A stretch of 64,000 nt of DNA, taken from positions 496,001 to 560,000 of the forward strand of contig CAVNZM010000005.1 of NCBI GenBank assembly GCA_963693365.1, in the 5' to 3' direction. The DNA is from Amoebidium appalachense. Its lineage: Eukaryota > Protista > Ichthyosporea. The notes below the pieces were generated by a model, which ran no database searches, was not told the origin of the DNA, and saw only the letters and a program-made list of their open reading frames with translations. Below are positions 33,648-64,000 of this stretch, in pieces. The position numbers were made by a program, and so were the translations under genes. How positions within the stretch are numbered: the stretch's first letter is position 1; the number at the start of each line of letters is the position of its first letter.

Positions 33648-34625
33648 TTTACTCACCTCCACTGTGCTATCTGTGTTTGCCTGGCTGGTATCCAGTATTG
33701 GTTTTTGCTCGAGCAGTTTGAATTTTGCGCAAAACTCCAACACCAACCCGACTATAAACCCCACCACAGAGGAGACACATGCAATGTAGAACGACCACCC
33801 GGCACTCAACCCACCCTGGCCAATCATTGGCTCCCCTAGCACGTGTTCATCTTGGCTGAGCTCAAATCTGTGTGGTGATTGGGTCGGTATCAGGCGTGGA
33901 ATGTGGGCAGAAGAGGAATGGTGTGAGTGTGAGTGAGTGTGGGCGTACTTGTTTATGTTTGCCGAGGGACAGAGAGAAAGAGGGTCCTCAAACATTTCTC
34001 ATTGTTTGCATGCAATCTTGTGTGTGTTTAAAAGCAAGCACGCATGTGTGGCTGTGTTGGTGCAAACCGAACGGTGTGTTTGCACCAAATGTGTATAGCT
34101 CGGTTCTTTGTGTGTGGGGGGAGGGGGGGGGGGGGGGGGGGGGAGGGGGAAGAGAGGGCTATGCATAGAAAGGCAAGGGGAAAAAAATAGGGGATGGGGG
34201 GTACCTACAAAAAAGGGGGGATGGCGAGTACCTACGAGAAAGGAGGTATGGGGGGTACCTAGCGGGGGGGGGGGGGGGGGGGGGGATGGGGGCACCTATA
34301 AAAAAGGGGGGATGGGGGGGGTACCTATAATAAAGGAGGATGGGGGGTACCTATAAAAAAGGCCGACGTTTATTGTCAGAACCATGGAGCCCATGAGACA
34401 CAGAAGAGACGAGAGGGACGCAACCCGTGTGGGATACCAATTCATTTTCGTGGCGACAAATGTGAGGGTCGGAGGGGCAAAAAACCAGAAAATACTGACA
34501 CTGAGAATGCCTCGAAACCCCCCAAGAAGTGCACAGTTGGGTATAGGGAGACGGAACTTTCCGCACTCGTTGCCGATGACGTTTGAGGTGAAGTTGCACA
34601 TTCTGTGTTTGTGTGTGTGTGTGTG

Positions 34626-34682
<57 letters not shown>

Positions 34683-35098
34683 TGTGCGTGTGCATGTGTG
34701 TTTGTGTGTCACAAGTTGTTGGTGGAGAGAGGAAGGAGGGTGTAAGGGTGGATATAAGCTATTCACAAGGTATGTGTGCAGGTGGGCATATGTGAGCTGT
34801 GCACGTGCCCTGGTCCACGCTACGCACGAGTACATGCGTGTATATGCTTGCATGGGTGGGCATGGGCGTGGATGCGCATTTACGTTGCAAGTACATGTGA
34901 TCCGTATAAGTATTGCCTGCATGCTACATAGTATACATACAGGTGCACAATTGGCACATGCTGATAGCTAATGTTTATTAGCACATTTCGCGAGTATTGC
35001 AGTGATCATAAGATACTTGGCAGCCAGATATATGCCTGGCGGCTGCTGACCATAAATTTGAATGTTTTTTTCAAATATTAAAAAGAATTATAAAAAAG

Positions 35099-35136
<38 letters not shown>

Positions 35137-35710
35137 TCCCGCAAAAAAAAAAAAAAAAAAAAAAAAAGAGTAACAGATGCTCGAGCATTTGCAGCAACAT
35201 ACCCCCGATCATTATCAAAACCCTATCTGTACATTCACATCTCTATATGTACATGTTTAGGGGGCACACGTACTCAGCATAGCAGGTGTCCGTGATGGTG
35301 CCGCACCTCGTGCCCTCCCCCTTCCTGGCCACAAAGCACACCGTCCACAGCCCATAGTTCTCCACCAATGGCAGCGTCCCATTCTCCGTCCCGTCGGGGG
35401 TGCCGAGCGGCACGGAACCTTCTGGTGCCGGTATGCGAACGGCCCAATAGGAAGTGCCCACGGCTAGACATGAAAGGAAGGCCGAGAATATGCCGATGAC
35501 GATGAGTGCAATGGGCACACGGTGCCTCTGTATGCTTGTACGTGCATTCCCGAGCCGTTGCGTAACCTCGTCCAATAGCTTTACGGGTGGCGGTTTGTGC
35601 ATAGAGAGGCTGCTGGCTTCTTCTAGAAAGATCCTCTGGCCCCCTGTCTTGTGCTTTAGGTCGGTGATGCTTAAGCTGTTCATGGTGCTTGTGTGGGACT
35701 GAGATGACAT
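32659..35710 (-). CDS. Claudin/PMP22/EMP-superfamily tetraspan membrane protein
   Basis: Exons 35710-35274 (TM1, TSYW...NYGLWTVC...C, the W-GLW-C-C signature), 34602-34351 (TM2-3) and 33867-33657 (GWSFYIA, TM4). The 3' end is ambiguous: a stop at 33328, or further exons to 32659. Confidence 0.8.
34190..34362 (-). repeat. Tandem ~29-bp degenerate repeat of the exon-end/5' splice junction (about 6 units)
   Basis: Minus-strand units have the form CC(T)nTAG|GT(A/G)CCCCCCAT. The first unit is the real exon-2 donor at 34351/34350. Confidence 0.8.
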
Positions 35711-37934
35711 CTTCGAGGTGTTGTTAGGCTACACCTGTTATTAAACTATGCGTCATTGAATCTACACGATGATTGAAGCTGCACGCGGGCCAACTTCTGG
35801 CACATCATGCGATAAGGTGTGAGATCCCTGTGACCACCCATACGAAACAATAAGAAAAGATCTGCCCGAAAGGGGACACACTTGAACATTGGGATCTCGT
35901 TGTAATTTGTGCATGCGTGCCTCGAATATATAATTTGACGATGTGAGGTTATAATTAAGTAACATTTAAGCCTATCGATGAGAATCGCTGAGGTGATTGC
36001 TGTCTTTCTTTTGTTGAGCAGTAAACTTACTGGCGATGTGAGTAAACGGATTCGGATCCGTCTATGCTTGATTTTGGTTTTTGTTTTCTATGCAATTGAG
36101 AAACTGGGGACACAAGACACCGGGCGGACGTTGGTTGAGGAGATGCGATATTGAAGGTGGTACAACTTTTACCGTACATATCTCGCTTACGGTAAAAGGG
36201 GGAATTAGACGTATCGAGAAGTCCTAAACGGGAACAGCAGTGGATAGTGTACTCTACTGTATAACTAACTGTATAAGAAGAAGAAGCCCAGTAGAATGTA
36301 TAAGCCGTGCCCGAGGAATCTTGGTTAGGGATCTTCAGGATTTGCATAAAGAATATAATTGGTCGTTACGTATTTTATAAATATTGTTACCAGGTGTAGA
36401 GGGTTGCTCGGCAGAAATAAGTTGAACATCTCTTTTAGGCTCTTGCGGTCAGATCACAAATCGAACGGGTGTGGCTGGCCTGGTCAACTACATGCCATGC
36501 TCCACGGGTTATGCCGAAGAGATGAACTAAAAGTTTGAGCTCTATTCTCTTCGGTATAATATCCACCATGACATAAAGCACGTAGTGCATATGCAATTCA
36601 CATGCTAACGTTAAACATAACACATACTGTTCTGCGGGTATGTAGGTCGTGCAGAACTGCAGAGAACAAACCCCCAGGCGGCCAGGCCGGGAATCCCGGG
36701 ATGTGGGCAGCCACCAGCTAGATCTTGGTGGTGCGTATCGAGCCAATGACATCAAATCTGCTAATCTACCAATCAGGCTCAGTAAAGGGCTTTGTTTACA
36801 TTCCACTGCAGCTGTGCCACTCCGAGTCTCCGAGGCCCCTCCGACTCACCCGAGCTGAGATCGTGCACGTACCTACAACTCTCGTGCACCATACTGAGAC
36901 GCAAATACACACACAGACACGCACACACGCAAACATGCAGGCACACACGCTGTGACATTTTACATACGAAGCGCACACACACACACGCACACACCTTCAC
37001 ACGACCACAAACACACAAACGTACAGCTTGAGACTCAGCTGCGGCGCATGCGCATATGCATTCACACACACACGTACACGGAAAACAGGTCGTGCCACAC
37101 ACACACACACCACGCATACAAAGCACACACACATGCATATGAGTAACCCATGCCACACATGCATACACACACAAAAAAAGATGCGCACACAGACATTCAC
37201 CCCGCATGCTTTGTATTACGGTGCTCCTCCGGATCCTTTAGCCTACTAGAGACGTGCCACAGTGAGGCGGTGCTAATATAGATCTAAAACGTGCATAGTA
37301 GTACCAGCCATGCCCTACAAGGGGCCGTGCTCTCAGTCCTGTTAGGTCCATGCGGACGTGCGCACTATTATGTGCATTCAGTCCCACGACCCCGTATTCG
37401 CTTGCAATTGTTACATGATGAACGAGGCCCTGCAAAAAACCGAGCATCATCACGTGCACAAAGTATGTCATCCCTAATATCCATCTAGTGAATATTAGCT
37501 GCATTGCAGCAGGTACCCGGAGTCACCCTGCATGAGCGCCGAGGAAATATGTATGCCACTAGTACTTCATTGTGCATGCGGGCCAGCCGCACTTCTTAGT
37601 GGAAGTATTAGAAGTATCAAACAACACGACTACGAGCTCGCAATACAAGAGTCTGCCTATATTTACGCTATTTACATCGGTTTCGGGCCGAACCCTCTTC
37701 TTCTTGTGATAATCACCGGTATTTTCCGGAAGTGCTGCAACTTCCGCACATTTAGACGAATACTACAAACGAATACAACATACATCTGTGCCCTGTGCAC
37801 CCAGCGCACATGTTAACTTAGTTAGGGTTAAAGGAGACAAGTGCCATCATCTCAGAGATGTGACAGCCGCAGTGATACAGTACAGGCCAGTAAGACTTGT
37901 TAGAGCATGATTGTCAATCAATCAAATTAGATCC

Positions 37935-45080
<7,146 letters not shown>

Positions 45081-45698
45081 GGTTCAGGGTGGCTCTTTGT
45101 AGCTACAGGTTGCTGTGATGCCTGTGTGTAAAGCACCAGGTAACGCTAGCCTAAGTGACAAACCACATAGGGAGAACCAGCAGCCGCTTATTTCTTTTTT
45201 TTTTTTTTCCAAAACGGCAGGCTAAATTGAGCTAGGAACAGTCTAAGTTACTCTCTCACTCCACCTCGTTCACAGTTACGGGTCAAGTGAATGTCACCGG
45301 TGTGTGCTTTTACAAAAAAAAAAAACGACCGGCCGGCAGTAAAGTGTAGTCCCGCACCGCGAGGAATGTGCGTCATGCGGTTGGACGATCGGATTGGCTC
45401 AGAATGCATCACTGAGGAATGCAACCCCCCCCCCCCCCCCCCCCCCCGGCCCATCTCCTCCCTGCTTCTTATTCTGAAAGCATGCGCAACTATCCACCTA
45501 TTCCCATTTTCCTTGTCCCGTTCCCCACCTCTCCCACCTCCCCCCTCTCCCCTCCCCCCCCCTCCCCTCCCCTAACTTTTCCCCCCACGTCCACACACCC
45601 ACCCCACCCACCGGTGATCGATTCCCCTCTGCCGTAACGTACTCCCTGGAAGTCCAGATCCCCAGCTGGGGTGGGGGAAGGAGGGGAGAAGGGTGAGG

Positions 45699-45739
<41 letters not shown>

Positions 45740-45853
45740 AACACGGGAATTGAATGTGAAGAAGACGGACCTCGGTGCTGAAAACTTGGTTGTGTATCAT
45801 AGCGGAGGCAAACACTCATCATATGGATTGTGTCAATCTTGAAATCGGACTAA

Positions 45854-46096
45854 CCTAACCTCGGCACCCACAAAACTGGATCCAGGCATGTATCCAATAT
45901 GATCGTATCTACATCACCATGGCTCCATGGCGTTGACCAATAGCAGCTCGCTGACATATACTAATCCGTCTCAGCACCTAACCTCGGCACCCACAAAACT
46001 GGATCCAGGCATGTATCCAATATGATCGTATCTACATCACCATGGCTCCATGGCGTTGACCAATGGCAGCGCGCTGACATATACTACCGTCTCAGC
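45854..46096 (+). repeat. Two-copy ~123-bp tandem duplication in the intergenic region
   Basis: CCTAACCTCGGCACCCACAAAACTGGATCCAGG...GCTGACATATACTA..CGTCTCAGCA at ~45854 and ~45978. Confidence 0.9.
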
Positions 46097-46192
46097 AGAT
46101 CATCCTAAGTCAACGATCAAGATCGGGGCGGGGGGGGAGGGGGGGGGGGGGTTTGACCATACCTCTCCTATCCATAGATCTCTATCCACTAT

Positions 46193-46243
<51 letters not shown>

Positions 46244-47649
46244 GACCATGGGGCGGGTCCACAGATCGTCAAGATCAAGTCCGGGGCCTCAGGATCAGCT
46301 GCACAGATGGCTGCGGGCTCGCATCGTGTCGACTCTGCAGGACCCCGTCAGCTGGAGCAGGCGACCAATAGGATTAGTAATAGTGTATAGGATAGATTTT
46401 AGGAGGACTTAGGAATGCAATAAGTTCGGGCAGATGCCCTGGTAAATAATGAATCATGCGAGTTTTGATAGTGTATTCTGCCAAACGTATATATATATAT
46501 TTTGATGTACAGGAAGGAGTAGAGGGGGGGGAGGGGGGGGGGAGATAGTATGAACTCCCAGGATTTTTTCTTTCCCTTGTCTTTTATCTTTTTCTTTTTT
46601 TCTTTTTTCTTTTACTTATATATTTGCATTATATGCATGTATATTGTATGAGTATATTTCCGCTAACTTACTAAAGAGAGGGCGTGATCGTGATCGAGAA
46701 TTTTTCTAATTCTAACAGGCCCCTAATAGTAAACCCCTTCATAGCAAGCGCCTCTTGGGCATAGCAAGGTCGCAAACCAATCTAAACCAATAGAATAACG
46801 TTTTTGCAAAGTTTCAGGGGTATCCTATTGGTCCCTGCAATATCCCAGCTATCGATGACACTTGGTAGTGACTTTAAGCCAATTACTATTGTCGGAGTGG
46901 TGCTCTGACGTCATAAATAATCTTATAAGGTTATTTAGATCGACAAGTGGTTGTTCTAATGGTTGCCTCTGCTGGCAATTGGGCGAGCTGGTGACTGGCT
47001 GTCTTGGCGATAGGTTACTGCATTCGGGCTCGAAAGCCCGATTCGAACCTCTTTAGATTGAACCGAAAGGTAAGGAGCTATTTTTTGTTAGCAGTTACTA
47101 AATATAGTATCTACTTTTTAGGTCACGGACCAGATTTTAGGTCGCCAATCATGAGCTCGACCCGACGGGCCGACCCGAGATCAGCTGTGACAGGTGTGAA
47201 ACCAGTGAGCATGCTACCAAATAAAACGTAAAAAAACGCGTGCGAGTCCGGCTGTGTCGTTCGAAATTATTTCTGATGACAGAGTTCTCAACGGGAAATT
47301 CAGGAATCTACGACACCAGAACATTTTAGCGCATTTGAAACTTTTCTCACCTCCATTTCTTTGCTTCTCTCTTCTAATTTCGTTTTTCGTCTTTCCTTGT
47401 TCAATCTACATCACGCTGTTCGCAGTATTGGGTTGAAAGGCTGGGTTGCTATAACAGTCACTAGGTGAAGCGTGGAACACGGCCTATGCAGGTGCACCCA
47501 TGGAATTCAGAAGAAAAACGGGGCTGAGTGTACATCCTTGGCCCGTCTTCCTGCGCAGCCTGTAGTGCTCGAGATAGGAGGCACCATAGATTTCAAGCAC
47601 AGGAGAAAGACAGTTAGGGTTTGAGGTTTGACCTCTCAAACACGGCACC

Positions 47650-63231
<15,582 letters not shown>

Positions 63232-64000
63232 TTGTGCACATAGAACTAGAACACACTAAAGAAATGGAAGGGGGGGGGGGGGGGGGGGGGGGGGGGGGAG
63301 GGAGGGGGGGAGGGGAAGCAAGAGGGGGAAAGGGGGGGGGGGGAGGGGGAGTGTGTGTGTGTGTGTGATAGAGAGCGAGAGAGAGAGAGGGTAACTGAAA
63401 GAGTTAAATACAAATAGTAGCCGAATGGAGTGTCTGGAAAGGGATGTTCTTTTTTGACTGTTTGCATGGAGAGAAAGGTATGATGCATGTATGTGCTGTC
63501 ACTCTCTCGTTAGCACCGCATTATTGTTAGGGTTAGTTAGTGTTGTATATGTCACGGGGTGCACACAAAGGCAATTTCAAGTCTCTTTGAGAACACGCAC
63601 AACACACACACACACCCGGACAGCATTTATTAAGGCATATTGACTGGTGTCCTTTTTTCCTGGACCACATATTATTGGATTTTGTTTTTACCTCCCCATA
63701 TATAAATCTAGGTTATCGAGCATGTTTTTCACTTAGTGCCTTGTGATCAATTATTATAGCTGCCACGGGCAACACAAGACATGGATAGCGGTGGCATGCG
63801 CAATTAACAACAGTGCAGTGTTGTGTTTTCTGAGACCTTGTACATATTAACTCTTTGAGGGCACACACAAGGGCACCTGCTGGGTTTCGGGTCCTGCCTC
63901 AAAACATGCCCTCCACCTGATGAAATATAAAGGTGACACCGTATCTCCCTGAGTCCCTGGGCCGGAAGATGTCGACAAAATATACATATTGAAACAAGTG

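Noticed and set aside
36027-36806. Non-repetitive ORFs of 106 and 123 aa in the intergenic region
   Set aside because: No recognisable motifs or supported splice structure, so they cannot be supported as genes.
37819-37830. TTAGGG telomere-like words (also ~2143 and ~63527)
   Set aside because: Only one or two units each, as expected by chance.

Overview
Intron- and microsatellite-rich eukaryotic DNA. The host genes suggest a holozoan-like opisthokont (inference only). Host genes: a partial minus-strand spliced gene (<2.6 kb), a C1-C1 protein kinase C-like gene (13629-26798 +), a nearly intronless PIN-ankyrin gene (-), a claudin/PMP22-superfamily gene (-), an NT5DC-type HAD 5'-nucleotidase (-) and a PP4R1-like HEAT protein (47650-63231 +). 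The standout is an intact 9,495-bp element at 3908-13402. It has 215-bp terminal inverted repeats (one mismatch), ACAC...GTGT ends and a 4-bp AGGC target-site duplication. It encodes a protein-primed family B polymerase and a Polinton-type DDE integrase, but no recognisable capsid, packaging ATPase or protease. In their place are a viral-type Erv1/Alr sulfhydryl oxidase and ORFs resembling conserved giant-virus (Nucleocytoviricota) families, so it is a candidate capsid-less, giant-virus-associated self-synthesising element. Other observations: a ~245-bp structured SINE-like repeat (4 copies), 5' G/(TG)n versus 3' C/(CA)n intron polarity, a tandem array of AG|GT splice junctions, and several minisatellites. 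All domain calls are by eye, with no searches run.
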